A stretch of 64,000 bases of DNA. Source: Alloascoidea hylecoeti. Taxonomy: Eukaryota. A program made the position numbers and the translations under genes. Below, piece after piece: positions 25,597 through 37,623 of the stretch (the stretch's first letter is position 1; each line of letters begins with the position of its first letter). The notes under the pieces were generated by a model. That model worked only from the letters and a program-made list of their open reading frames with translations. It ran no database searches and was not told the DNA's origin. The stretch spans positions 152,982 through 216,981 of the forward strand of contig BCKZ01000022.1 of NCBI GenBank assembly GCA_001600815.1, read 5' to 3'.

Positions 25597-26831
25597 TTAA
25601 TCCAATTGAACCCTTAATTCATGCTTGGGTATTGGAACAAAATTATCCAAATCAATGCCCTCTCTTTCCAATAATGCCCTTTTAGCATGTAGTGGTACCA
25701 ATTTGTTGTTCAATTCTGGAGCAATACTTAATTCACTCCTATCGTAATTAAATAATTCGGGCAATTCCTTTGGTGGAGCATTAGGATGTTTAGAATCCTT
25801 TAAACGTGTAGCTTGATCTCGTAGTTCGTCGAAGAAATGATGAGTTAATACATCAATAGCTGAGATTCTTAACCCTGGTGAATATTCTAAAACTTTTTCA
25901 ATCAAATCGATAGAATCTGCGGGAGCTTTCCTTAATACTTTTGAAAATGGTCGAGCTTTTATTTGAGGGAACTTATGCTCCATATAAGTTGGATTCATTG
26001 TTCTGATTTGTTCTTTCGTAGGTGTTCCCAATATCTTAATAATTTCTACCAGTTGATCAATGCTCGATTCACCAGGGAAAAGAGGCTGTCCGAGCATAAG
26101 CTCAGCCATGACACATCCAGCTGACCAAATATCAATTTTTGTAGTATAATTGACAGCTCCAAAAATCAATTCTGGAGCCCTATAATACCTAGAGCAAATA
26201 TAAGAAACATTTGGTTCCGTTGGTATAAGAACTTTAGCTGAACCAAAGTCACAAAGTTTTAAAACTCCAGATCTTGTATCTACAAGCAAATTTTGTGGCT
26301 TAATGTCTCGGTGACAGATCCCTTTAGAATGAATATAAGCTAATGAACGAAATAATTGATAGGTATAAAGCTTAACTTCAAGAATAGGCATTGTTGTTCT
26401 CTGTTTTGTAAAATAGTGTGAGGCATGATAAACTGTTTCTGGGACATACTCCAGTATTAAATTCAAGTACACCTTGTCACGATCAGTTGTCGAGTAGAAA
26501 AAGGCTTTTAGGTCTACAACGTTAGGATGATGAACCAATCTCATTATTTGGAGTTCACGATTCTATATATCTTCTTATTAGATTAAATCCTCGGATATTA
26601 CTTTTGATTTTAAAAATAATTAAATAATCAGCTAATTGCTTGACATACCTTGAAACGTTTATCCTGAAGAACACGCTTAATTGCAGCCTCCTCATTATCA
26701 GGTTGTAACTTCGTTTGAAAAACTACACCAAAAGAACCATGACCAACCATCTTACACTGTGTATAAGATAGTTCTCTGGACTCACCGGTGCGTCCATCTA
26801 TAACATTTTCGTGGACAATTTGTACAGACAT
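25597..26831 (-). CDS. RIM11: GSK-3 family kinase; exons 26831..26649 and 26562..25597; intron 26648..26563
   Basis: [21 protein letters not shown] join, [32 protein letters not shown]...TAG intron. Confidence 0.93.
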
Positions 26832-26883
26832 TTTTATAGAAAGTAGACGAGCTGTTCACTACCAACTGTGATAAAAAGAAGAT

Positions 26884-26907
26884 CCGGGTAAAGTTCATGG
26901 TCACGTG
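26884..26907. promoter_or_regulatory. Reb1-type (CCGGGTAA) and Cbf1-type (GTCACGTG) sites in a compact divergent promoter
   Basis: Exact motifs at 26884..26891 and 26900..26907 in the 149-bp gap between the GSK3 and ketopantoate reductase genes. Confidence 0.55.
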
Positions 26908-26980
26908 CTATGATAAGGATATATAACCAAATGAACAATATATTGATAATACATCTTTCTTTTTCTTTCTTAATTCCAAA

Positions 26981-27979
26981 ATGACTCAAAATAAGTCGAC
27001 TTCTGTCTTGATTGCTGGTGCTGGTGGTGTTGGTTTATCCTTTGCTTATCTTATTAAGGACCTACCAGGAGTGGAAATAGGTGTTTTAGCAAGATCCAAC
27101 TATGAAGATATTAAAGAGCAAATATCCGTAATTGATCCTGGAAAAAACAATACTCATTCTTTTAAAGTAGATCCTTCACGGATCTTCAATGAAGAGACAT
27201 CTTCTACTTATAATGGAGAACCATATGATTATATATTTGTAGCAGCTAAAGTTATTACAAATTATGCTGTTCCTTATCTCGACCGTTTTGCGGGACCCAA
27301 TACTGTTATAATTTTGGCTCAGAATGGTGTTGATATTGAAGAACCATATTTGAAAGCGTATCCCAAGATACCATTGATATCTGGTGTTGTTAGAGTTGCT
27401 GTTGGTTTAACTGGTCCTAGTGAACTCACGTATTATTCTTATGGCAGATACGGCCTTAATTTAGGGTTGGTTGAACCTTATAATACTGATAGCGATAAGA
27501 TTGATAAACTTACACAATTTGTTGATTTAGCTTCCAAGGCAGGAATTGCGGCTAAAATCGAAGATGATATTGCAGTTGAAAGATGGAAGAAAGTTGTTAG
27601 TAATGGTACATTTAATAATTCAGCTGCAATTTTGAATCTTAGTGTTGAAGATATTATTAAATCAGGTTCAGAAAAATTATTATATGATATAATGAATGAA
27701 ATTTGGCAAGTCGGTTTAGCAAAATTTAGTGCAAAGAGATGGACACCAATTGAGGAATTTCATAAATTAATAACTTGGCATAAGACTAGAGATGATATTA
27801 ATGGATTTGTTCCAAGTACTTTACAAGATGTTAGAAGAGGAAAAGAAATTGAGTATCGTGTTTTAAGTGGTAATGTTATTAAAGAAGCTGATGAGCTAAA
27901 TATTAAAGTACCAGTTCTTAAAACTATTTTTTATTCTTTACAATCTGTTAATTATCGAGTTCAAAAATATGGTTATTAA
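26981..27979 (+). CDS. Ketopantoate reductase (ApbA/PanE family)
   Basis: IAGAGGVG Rossmann motif, LAQNGV, RWKKVVSN, PSTLQDVRRGKEIE. Confidence 0.88.
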   Translation: MTQNKSTSVLIAGAGGVGLSFAYLIKDLPGVEIGVLARSNYEDIKEQISVIDPGKNNTHSFKVDPSRIFNEETSSTYNGEPYDYIFVAAKVITNYAVPYLDRFAGPNTVIILAQNGVDIEEPYLKAYPKIPLISGVVRVAVGLTGPSELTYYSYGRYGLNLGLVEPYNTDSDKIDKLTQFVDLASKAGIAAKIEDDIAVERWKKVVSNGTFNNSAAILNLSVEDIIKSGSEKLLYDIMNEIWQVGLAKFSAKRWTPIEEFHKLITWHKTRDDINGFVPSTLQDVRRGKEIEYRVLSGNVIKEADELNIKVPVLKTIFYSLQSVNYRVQKYGY

Positions 27980-28068
27980 TATATAAGTATAAATCACATA
28001 TAAGGCCTTATAAGCAACATCATATAATATAAGCATATTTTCAATCATAAATTATGACAATGATCATT

Positions 28069-28599
28069 TTAAGTTTGTTTGTCTTGTAAATATTTTTCAG
28101 CTCCTATAGTTTCTAACTTTTCAGCCTTTCCCAAAACTTCAGTTTCCATATTTTTTGTATACTCAATTAATTGTTTTTGAACATCAGGTATGAATGTGGC
28201 TAAAATTCTGGCTGCAATCAAACTAGCATTTAAACTATTGTTAATAGCGACAGTAGCAACAGGAACACCTCTAGGCATCTGGACAATTGAAAGTAAAGAA
28301 TCTAATCCTTCAAGATTTGAAGCACGAACAGGAACTCCAACAACTGGTAAAATAGTCATAGCAGCAACCATTCCTGGTAAATGAGCGGCACCACCCGCAC
28401 CAGCGATTATAACCTTAAGTCCCCTATCGCATGCAGTTGTCGCATACTTGACCATTCTAATTGGTGTTCTATGGGCAGAGACGATCGTAATTTCATAACT
28501 AATGTTAAAACTTTTAAGAAGAGTTGCTGCTGCGGTCATTACTGGGAGATCTGAATCAGATCCCATAATTATACCCACTAAAGGTTTCTGAGAAGACAT
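28069..28599 (-). CDS. purE: Stand-alone PurE (AIR carboxylase/N5-CAIR mutase) domain, equivalent to the C-terminal part of Ade2
   Basis: [60 protein letters not shown]; 176 aa; no PurK/ATP-grasp coding sequence upstream. Confidence 0.88.
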   Translation of the reverse strand: MSSQKPLVGIIMGSDSDLPVMTAAATLLKSFNISYEITIVSAHRTPIRMVKYATTACDRGLKVIIAGAGGAAHLPGMVAAMTILPVVGVPVRASNLEGLDSLLSIVQMPRGVPVATVAINNSLNASLIAARILATFIPDVQKQLIEYTKNMETEVLGKAEKLETIGAEKYLQDKQT

Positions 28600-28891
28600 G
28601 ATAAATAGAAGTAATAATAAATGATTTATGAATTTGAGAATGAAATACCCATTGAAAAAATTGTGAAGTATTTGTAATTCATTAATAATATAATAAGTAC
28701 TAAAGCATGATCTGTTAATTAAAGAGCTAACACCCAACAATTCGATGTTGATAGCCAAATATTGTTTACATCAAGTGGCCGAGATTAAGTGGAGTCACTG
28801 TACTATCACCACGTGCAACGATTTAAATATCAGCAAGAAAGAGAAAGAGAGAAAGATATGATAGATTAAACCTGTAAAATGGGTAGCTAAT

Positions 28892-29396
28892 CAATGTTTC
28901 TTCTTTATTAATATCGGAAACAACACCTGAAGTATAAATCATTCTTGGACCTAAAAACCAAGAGTAAAAATCATCACCACGATCATAATGACCTCTAACT
29001 TGTTCTTCATCTTGGGATTTTGAATGCATTATAACTTCAGGCATTATACCTAATAAGAAATATTTGAATAAACTATAAGTAAAATTAAAAGTTGTAGTTA
29101 TGTGACCAATCATGTTTTAATTCGAGAACATCTAAAGCATCACCTTTAAATTCAATTTCACCATTGAAAAATAATTCTTGAAAAGTTTCCATTGGAATTT
29201 TTGAATTCTTATACTTGGCTTCTAATTGTTTATTATTAAATTTAAGATAATGATCAATTGGACGATTTGGTAATTTAACTTTTTCATTTAATCGTGGAGT
29301 ATAAGTTGATAACACAGTCCAGTAGGCCATTAATATTGGTAAAGCTAATAATACTGTGAAAAATAACCAAGAGTTGGAACCTAAGATCACAACCAC
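28892..29396 (-). pseudogene. MTS1: Fragment of sphingolipid C9-methyltransferase (MTS1/CFA-synthase family)
   Basis: KIPMETF.E.FF.GEIEFKGDALDVLE.KHDW and HSKSQDEEQVRGHYDRGDDFYSWFLGPRMIYTSG in two frames joined by a roughly 10-nt insertion near 29100; both ends missing. Confidence 0.8.
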
Positions 29397-30552
29397 TCAT
29401 GCTCACCCTAGCTCTAAAAATCTCTCTATTCACTATTCTTGATAATTCATATATCAATTATTGTCAGGTATCTGAAAAATGATTTGGTTTATAAAAGGGT
29501 AAATACGTATACTTATATACTAAATATTCTATACTAAATAGGAAGTTAATGGGCTAATCACTTATATTGGATTAAGGATGGTAAAACAAAGTTTATGATT
29601 ATACCTTGTTCACCAGACAAACTTAAATAGTTTAATATTATAGGCATTAATGTATAATATTTAACAATTATCTAGCTACATGTATATAACAGGAATTCTA
29701 CTTGTGTTATACTCTTTCTATTTAAACATTCGTGATAAAAAAGAAAACTTTAGTAATAAAAACTTATATTGATAATCGATACATCTTATACTTTAATAAG
29801 TTTAACATAATTATAAATACATAAAACCATACAATATACATATATTTTATCAATATTTTGAAGTTCAAAGGTGTGAATGTGGTTATAAATGTGAGCACTA
29901 AATGTCACCATCCGGTTTAAAGCGAAGTTTTTTGCGAATCAGGACCACATAGTTCTACAATTCGTTTCACTCCAACTATTAATAATGATAATGTTATTGA
30001 TGGATAAAATTGGTTACATTCTTTATCCTAAATCGGCAAGCAAAATAATTGAGTTTCTTGGATTTAACTAGAGTTGAGTTTATAGCTTAGTCCACTAAAG
30101 GAAAAGAAACTTCAATCTTCGAAAGTCGTTCCATCACAATGACAGGTCTGTTACCGCCGTGCGGAACTTGTACAAATGCAAATACAAGTTGGAAAGTTTT
30201 AGATTAAAACGAAAATGAAAATGAAAATAAAAGTAAACAAATTCCAATAAAAATTACATAATGCTAATAATGATAAATAAAGACAATCAACAACCAAATA
30301 TATCTTATATGTAAAATAGAATAATAAAAATAAAAATCAAGAGTTAATCTTAAGCAATCGACAATTTAAATAAATGTTAAAGAAAGCGTGATATTAAATT
30401 AAAAAAAAAATAATTAAAAAGTTATTTAGAACCAAATGTATTAATAGGAAATGGAATAATTCTTTCTTCATATGATATCTTTTTCCCGTTAAATTTTATT
30501 CTCATAGACTTAATCATGACTCGTTTAATTTGTTATATTATATACTTATACT

Positions 30553-33123
30553 TCAATTTCCATTTTTATCATTAAAACTTGAAAGGTTTGTAAATGGATC
30601 TCGTGTTGCATTTCCATATCTTTGACTATTATTCGGAATTATTCTATTAGATTGATTAACATTTAAATTGGGACCATCAATTACAATACTAGGTGTAGAT
30701 GGGTTAGCAGTTGACATTATCATTGTATTTTGATTAAATGACTCACCTAAAGATGGTGAAGTAGTTAATTCTTTATTATCATCACCATGTAATCGTGAAT
30801 TTGAAGCATTTCGATTATTATTATAATCAGATGATCCATCAGCACTATTACTATCAAAATCTTCTTTTAAATTATTTTTTGAACCAGGTAATGGTGGAAT
30901 AATCTCACGACTTCCAAGTTCATTATCAACATCATCATCATCATTAAAATTTTGAGTTTGATTTGTTTTAATTGATCTACTTCTTCTTGATAATTTTCTA
31001 ATTAATTTCATACCAAAACCTTCTTTTTCATCTTCAATATTATAAGAACTACCACCATTTGATGAAATATTTTTATTTCTAATATCATTTAATTCTTTAA
31101 TTTTTAACATTTCATTTTCCCAATTATCTTGATGTTCTTGAGCTGCTCTACCTAATTCAAATAATTCATTTTTTTTATTATCATTTGAATTTAAATCACC
31201 ATTATCATTAAAATGATTATTAATAAAATTATTATTTTGAAAACTTGTCCTATCATCATTTGGTTTTGCAAATTTTGAATCTGGATTTTTTGAAAAAACA
31301 GCCATTAAACAAAAAACCAATGTAACAATTAATAAAATGAAAGAAAAAGCAGCATTTAATATAAAAAAAATCCAACCCATTATACTTGAAACAGCCATTG
31401 GTGCTTTAAAAACATCTGAAAAAAACATAAAAAAAAATGCATTGAGAGTTAATACAACATTCATTGAAATATTAACAGCATTTGTCATTTTATTTAAATA
31501 TGGTTTATAATAACATAAAATTATTAAATAAATAAATTCAACAACAAAGAAAACAATACTTTGTGGACCACCATTTGATTGACCAAAAGCAACAACACAA
31601 CTTTTACAAAATAAATAAAATAACATTATTGAACCAAAATAATAATTTGATGCTTTAAATTGTGTATACATAAAACCATATTTGTTCAAAACTTTATTGT
31701 TTGAATATAAAATATAAGCAGGATTTTTATATTGTTTAATTGAATTTGAACCATATTGAAAAGTTTTAAAACAACAATAACCAATAACACCAACTGAATG
31801 AATTAAAAAGAAAACAGCTAAAACAATCATTGCTGGTGAATCTCTTTGAATAAATTGCCACATTGAAAGTAACGTTAATTGAGTAAAAGCAATTAATATA
31901 TACCCAGAAATTGCACCTTTTAATTGTTGTCTCCAACCAGTTCTAAAATCATAAAATGAATTATTTTCATGTTTTATTTGATTTGGATCATTTGGATCAT
32001 TATTTGATTTTTTATTTTTAATTTTATCAATTATAAATAAAAGAAATCTAAAAAATAAAAAAACAATTGCTAATACCAAACCAAAAAATATAAAAAATGT
32101 ATAACCAGTTGCACAAACAGATGTAACTTCAATATATGCTTTATATGCAATTCTTTTAATACCACGTAAAACTTTTAATGTTGTACTATCAGAAACATGA
32201 ATTTCTGATTCTCTTTTAAACATTTTTAAATATTTTTTTGCTGCAATTGTTTTACTTAAATATCTTGATATCTCGCTATTTGTTGTTAATTCAACAACAT
32301 CATTACTTCTTTGAACTAATATATTAACTGTATCACTTGTTAAATAACTCGTTGGTGTACCACCTGTTGCTGAAATATACCATTTAAAGATCTTTTGCAT
32401 GAATTTAACTTCGATTAATCCCATTGACCAAGCCAAATTTTGAGCCCATGCACTTGCAATTGGTGGTACTCTTTCAACTGCTAATAAACAAACAACAACA
32501 ACAGATTGAAAATATAAAAATAAGGAAACGGAATTTGCGGCAATATGTTGAGCAGAAGTTGAATTACCAAAACATGACATTACTGCAGAAGTTAATAACC
32601 CAATACCAGCAACAACAGCAGTTGCCCATTTTGCACCTTTATGAGCAACAGTTCTTCCATTATTGAATTCTGTTTGAACACAGGCTAATAATGAATTATT
32701 ACTCGTATCCCGGACTCTAATCTTAACCAAAGCATCAATATCGGGGACAGTATAAGCAATCCCAGGAATACTAGAAACCACATCTTTTGATAAAGTATAT
32801 TGAGATTCAACAGTTAAATCGCCAGGATATAAAGGACAAAATTGTTTCATACCTAAATCGCAAAAATTAACAGTTCTTTCAAGAATATGAAAACCATAAG
32901 CGTAAACGTCTACATCAGCATAGACATAATCACTAATTTCTGAAACACCGGTAATATCGTATTTAAAAACCCTACTACTTGGATCATATTCAACAGACAT
33001 ATAAGAAGCTGTAAATTGAGAATCTTTCATACACGGAACCAAAGATGAAGCTCTAAGAATTCTTTTTGCAAAAGAAGTCGTAAATAAGTAAAAACATAAG
33101 ATATAAATATTTAAAAACAACAT
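30553..33123 (-). CDS. FLC/Pkd2-family TRP-like membrane protein
   Basis: Signal peptide, ML-like domain (QFCPLYPG, IPGIAYTVPDIDA), LFLYFQS, VPPIASAWAQNLAWSMGLI; first ATG at 33123. Confidence 0.9.
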   Translation of the reverse strand: MLFLNIYILCFYLFTTSFAKRILRASSLVPCMKDSQFTASYMSVEYDPSSRVFKYDITGVSEISDYVYADVDVYAYGFHILERTVNFCDLGMKQFCPLYPGDLTVESQYTLSKDVVSSIPGIAYTVPDIDALVKIRVRDTSNNSLLACVQTEFNNGRTVAHKGAKWATAVVAGIGLLTSAVMSCFGNSTSAQHIAANSVSLFLYFQSVVVVCLLAVERVPPIASAWAQNLAWSMGLIEVKFMQKIFKWYISATGGTPTSYLTSDTVNILVQRSNDVVELTTNSEISRYLSKTIAAKKYLKMFKRESEIHVSDSTTLKVLRGIKRIAYKAYIEVTSVCATGYTFFIFFGLVLAIVFLFFRFLLFIIDKIKNKKSNNDPNDPNQIKHENNSFYDFRTGWRQQLKGAISGYILIAFTQLTLLSMWQFIQRDSPAMIVLAVFFLIHSVGVIGYCCFKTFQYGSNSIKQYKNPAYILYSNNKVLNKYGFMYTQFKASNYYFGSIMLFYLFCKSCVVAFGQSNGGPQSIVFFVVEFIYLIILCYYKPYLNKMTNAVNISMNVVLTLNAFFFMFFSDVFKAPMAVSSIMGWIFFILNAAFSFILLIVTLVFCLMAVFSKNPDSKFAKPNDDRTSFQNNNFINNHFNDNGDLNSNDNKKNELFELGRAAQEHQDNWENEMLKIKELNDIRNKNISSNGGSSYNIEDEKEGFGMKLIRKLSRRSRSIKTNQTQNFNDDDDVDNELGSREIIPPLPGSKNNLKEDFDSNSADGSSDYNNNRNASNSRLHGDDNKELTTSPSLGESFNQNTMIMSTANPSTPSIVIDGPNLNVNQSNRIIPNNSQRYGNATRDPFTNLSSFNDKNGN

Positions 33124-33849
33124 TTTGTCATCCACTGAACTGATAATTTAAAATTTTGTTAGAAACTTTAAAACTGAAAGTTTAAAATGGTAGAACTTAA
33201 AAAATTTAAATACAAAGTTATAAAGATCTGAATTTGAACGAGTGAAAATGAGTTGCAAAGAAAAAAGAAAAAGAAGAAGAAGAAAGGAGAAAAGGAAAAG
33301 AGGAAAAAGAAGCACAGGAGAGCTTTCAATTTAAAAATAAAACACGGAGCTTCTGGATGCACGGGTGTGTCTGCATTTAAATTAATTTATTTCTATTAAT
33401 TATCAAACACCATTATATTTTTAATAATTACCTATTTAGGAAAGGATCACTTTCTTTTTTCTCTTACAAATAGCTGGATAATAAGTACAAATCAGAAGCT
33501 TCACTTTTCAAAACAGTTACATATTTCAAACTAGCATTTTCAAAGGTGTCAATGAAATATAAAAAACAAAAAAAGAAGAATGTCAACGTTAAATCAAATG
33601 CTTAACAATGTATAAAGTATAATAGAAAATGTAATCTTTAAATTCCTTTGTGCTTATAAAACATATATACAGCACCTTTAGTTTTTTTCTTCCTTCTCGG
33701 ACTTTCAATATTAATACATGAGAGGTTTTAAACAAACAAACAAAAAAGATATCCCTAAACTGCAACAATCAATAATAGAAAAAATGCACATATACTTTAT
33801 ATTGTCATTTATTTAGACAATAGAAAATCGAATATAAAGGAAAATGCCT

Positions 33850-34500
33850 TTAGACGGCTGAGGCTGAAGCATGCTTTAATAAATCTATAAAGAAATTTGG
33901 GTTTTGTGGAGTTTGTGATCTACCCCTTTCCTTTTGTTGTATTTGATTTGGTAAATGTTGTCTAATTCCACCCAATGGCATTCCAATACCTGCGCCACCT
34001 GTTGGTTCATAATGTCCAAACCTTGCTGAAGAGTAAGAATTACTATATCCGGAACCCGGACCACCTAAATAAGAATCAAAAGCATCTTCATCAGCAGCAA
34101 CGGCAGCCCCATTTGGTGAACGTAGAGATACAACAGATTCAGAACGAACAGACCTTGTTACTGAGCGGGAACGAGATATAGAACGAGCACGAGAAGCAGA
34201 TCGATCCCGACCTAGAGAGTTTGGAAGTCCAGGAGCGATACTTGAACTTCTGGATGGTGCGCGTGAAGAAGCACGAGACTCAGCATAAACAGAACCAGCG
34301 TAAGACATATCATCATATTCAGTAGTTAAAGTCATAAATCGGAATCCACCGGAAGTAGCGGGTTCTTCCTTAACTTCTTCTTCAACATCATCACCGGGAG
34401 TTAAAGTTAAAAATCTAACCCCTTCTTGATTTGGATAGGAGTAACCACGAAGTCCATCATATGGAGAAGGATCATAAGAAAAACAGCTAGATGAAGACAT
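33850..34500 (-). CDS. Hypothetical Ser/Arg-rich protein
   Basis: 216-aa ATG-initiated ORF with yeast-like codon usage, AT-rich leader, and two G(V/F)RF(L/M)TLT motifs. Confidence 0.7.
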   Translation of the reverse strand: MSSSSCFSYDPSPYDGLRGYSYPNQEGVRFLTLTPGDDVEEEVKEEPATSGGFRFMTLTTEYDDMSYAGSVYAESRASSRAPSRSSSIAPGLPNSLGRDRSASRARSISRSRSVTRSVRSESVVSLRSPNGAAVAADEDAFDSYLGGPGSGYSNSYSSARFGHYEPTGGAGIGMPLGGIRQHLPNQIQQKERGRSQTPQNPNFFIDLLKHASASAV

Positions 34501-35963
34501 TTTTATGTGTAGTATTAAAGATGTGAATTGAAATTGAAGAGTTGGGAAAAAAGAAAAAAAAAGGGAGGAACTATCAAATATAAATAGTTTTTCTAAATAA
34601 CTTGTAACGTTAATCTAACGATCATCATGATTTTGTGGGGATACGAATGATTTTCAACCAATTAAAGACGGTTTCATATCCGGGGTAAGTCGTAATAAAT
34701 AATAATAAATAACAGAAATGAAATTATTTCTTTATTTGAATCATAATGCGTTAAATAAATATAAAATATTCTCTTAAAAAATGAAAATGCATAAAAATAA
34801 CCATTAATCGCGATCACAAATTTCTCAAAATTTTCTCAAATTTCGCAAATTTCGCAAATTCGCAATTAAAATTTTATTTTTAACCTATCTAGCGCGATTA
34901 ATTAATAAATGTCGGAATCCGTTGAAAATTTAACTCATCTTATTTGTGCAGTAGGAATCTGTTGGATTATCTTATTTGCGTGGTAGGATTAATTAAAATA
35001 TCCATACACATCAAGTATTATCAACATGTGTCTCATTCCATTAATGAGCATAATACTACTATCGTAACATGAAAGCTTAAAAGTAATGTGCAAAATCACC
35101 AAACCAAATTGAGTTCAGTGAATCTTCACAAGATCCCTTTACTGTATACTTAGATTCCTGTTACCGCAATCAATAGCACTCCTTAAAAATGTAGATCACT
35201 ACCTACTATGGCGCGTCTCACTGAATTCGTTAACACCTCCTAGGAAAATCAAAAAATCCTCGCGGAAAATGTGATCACAATACCTAAATCATTTCAATTA
35301 TATGTATAATAAGTTCTTTAAAAAGTAGATAAGTGGCAATGCATATCTTGAATATTGTCTTCTCATTTCAAATTAATTTTTGCATTTCTCTGTCAGATTA
35401 TTTACCCCTATTTCTTCTTAACTATGTAAAACAGAACTTACTTTATTTAAATGAATGCATACATATGTATGTTGCCATATTTCCCCTATAGCCTATTATG
35501 TATAGTTGCATGCATATTTGGGAACCAAAATTTCTCGCCAGAAAAATGTTTTTCATTTTTAGTGGCGCTCTATATGTGAGATCTTATCACATCGATAATC
35601 AAAAAATGGTTAAAAATGGTTAAATTTTGTTATCTAATAATTGAGTTCTTAATCTTCAAATGTAGAATTCCACTATCTCTAATTCAAAACAAAGTAATTT
35701 ACTGTAGTTAATAGTTAGTGCCAATATTCTAGCCATCTAAAGTCTCTTAAAGCTTTTTATTTTGCCCTATGATTCGCGATACACTTTTGATCCCCTTTGA
35801 ATGAGGTGAATGGGCAGTGTTTTCGTGTTTCTTTCATTTGAAGTTCGGCAAATTAAGCCTATAATATAAAAACCATAGCTCTACAAATTCTACACCCTAA
35901 ATTAAGTTTTTTTAGAAAGTTTTATTATCTCTTCTAAATATTTTTCATAATATAGTATAATAA

Positions 35964-37623
35964 TTAAAATCTACCCCTAGATCTTCCTAAATCTCTCAAT
36001 TCATCAAAGACTCTCGTTGTAGCTAAATCATCTCCAAACTTTCTCTTACCAAAATTCATATCATTTGTTACAAAATTATTAGAACCAGCAACAAAATAAT
36101 CAGTACCAAGCATCATTGCAAGATGACTTTCTTTTCTATGAGAAGGAACTAAACCATTATCATAACCAGCTAATAATGAAGTAATTATTGATCCTGCAGT
36201 TCCTCCTCCATGTCTGGCACCACCTGCTGCTTTTATAGAGGAAGAATCATTAATATCACCAACTGCAAATATATGATGATGCCCAGGAACAGTAAGATAT
36301 TCATCAGTTTTTATTTGATTTTTTGAATTTAGGATTGACTTCAATTCAGTTCTTGCAATTATATCCGAATTTGGTTTAGCACCTGTGGTCCAAATCTAAA
36401 AAAAGAGTTAGTGAAACAATAATAATCATAAGTTTTAAATTAGGTAACAACTTACAGTTAAATCACTTTTATATCTATCACCATCAGTTGTAATAAAAAT
36501 TTTATTCTCTTTATCATCAGTTTTGATTCTCTTATTCAAAATAACATTAACACCCATTTGTAATAATGTGAGATAAGTAAGTTTTTTAAAATTTTCAGGA
36601 AGATCTGGCTCTGGTGGTAAAAATCCATGAGGGTGGATTAAAATAGTGTTCTTATCTGGGTGTTTATGCTTAATCTCGGCAGCAACTTCAATACCAACGG
36701 CACCTAAAATATAAATATAGTTAGAATAAAACATCTTGTATCTGAATTAAATTAATATAATCAAAAAACTTACCTCCACCAACAACTACAACATCTTTAG
36801 CATTACTAATAGCACTCCCATATTTTTCACAATTCTTAACATAAGATTCATAGGAATATTCTCCTTTAGAAGGATCAAATGGTGCAGGTCGAGATAAACC
36901 AGTAGCTACCACTGCAATATCAAAGTTTAAAGTTTGTTCCTCTAAATTTACTTGTTCAGTCTCTTCATTTAACTTTTTAAATACCAGTTTATTTTCATGT
37001 AATTCAGTAGCAAAACCTCTGATATGAGTTAAATCTTTTCCAAGATGGTTCTTATAAGCAGGAATTTCATCAAACTTTAGATAAGTTTTGCTACCAAAAT
37101 TGACATCGGTAATAGCACGCGGTAATGCAATAAGATTAACAAATCCATTTTTTGGTTCAACAAGTGTAACATGGAGTTTATGACCTTGTGGTAATGGACT
37201 GTACTCCAATGTTTCAAAAATAGATCTTAAAGCACCAATACCAGAAAAAGAACCTCCAATAATTCCTATATTAATTATTGAGTTGTCTTTGATATCATGG
37301 AAAGTAGACAAAATTGCATCATGAGTAGGACCAGGAGTAAAGGATCCACCCCTCTCACCTCTATCACCTCTATCACCTTTACCTCCTCTGCCTCCTCTGC
37401 CTCCTCTGCCTCCTCTTCCACCATAGCCACTACCTTCATAACCTCCCCTTCCTCCTCTACTGCCTCTACCTTCATGGCCTCTACCACCTCTACCTCCGTA
37501 ACCTCTACCACCTCTACTACCTCTACCACCACGAGAAGGATTTTCAAATGATCTAGCAGGTGCCAGATTTAATTCTGAGATTTGCTTTGCGATCTCATCA
37601 TTCGTAAGTTTAGTTGATGCCAT
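35964..37623 (-). CDS. AIF/AMID-like FAD-dependent pyridine-nucleotide oxidoreductase with N-terminal RGG box; exons 37623..36774, 36703..36456, 36395..35964
   Basis: IIGGSFSG, VVATG, VVVGGG/AVGIEVAAE, IWTTGAKPNS, IFAVGDI; two GTAAGT...CTAAC...TAG introns (70 and 60 nt). Confidence 0.85.

Noticed and set aside
28600..28758. N-terminal extension of the PurE ORF in the ORF track
   Set aside because: Starts at TTG, is AT-rich promoter-like sequence and has no PurK similarity.
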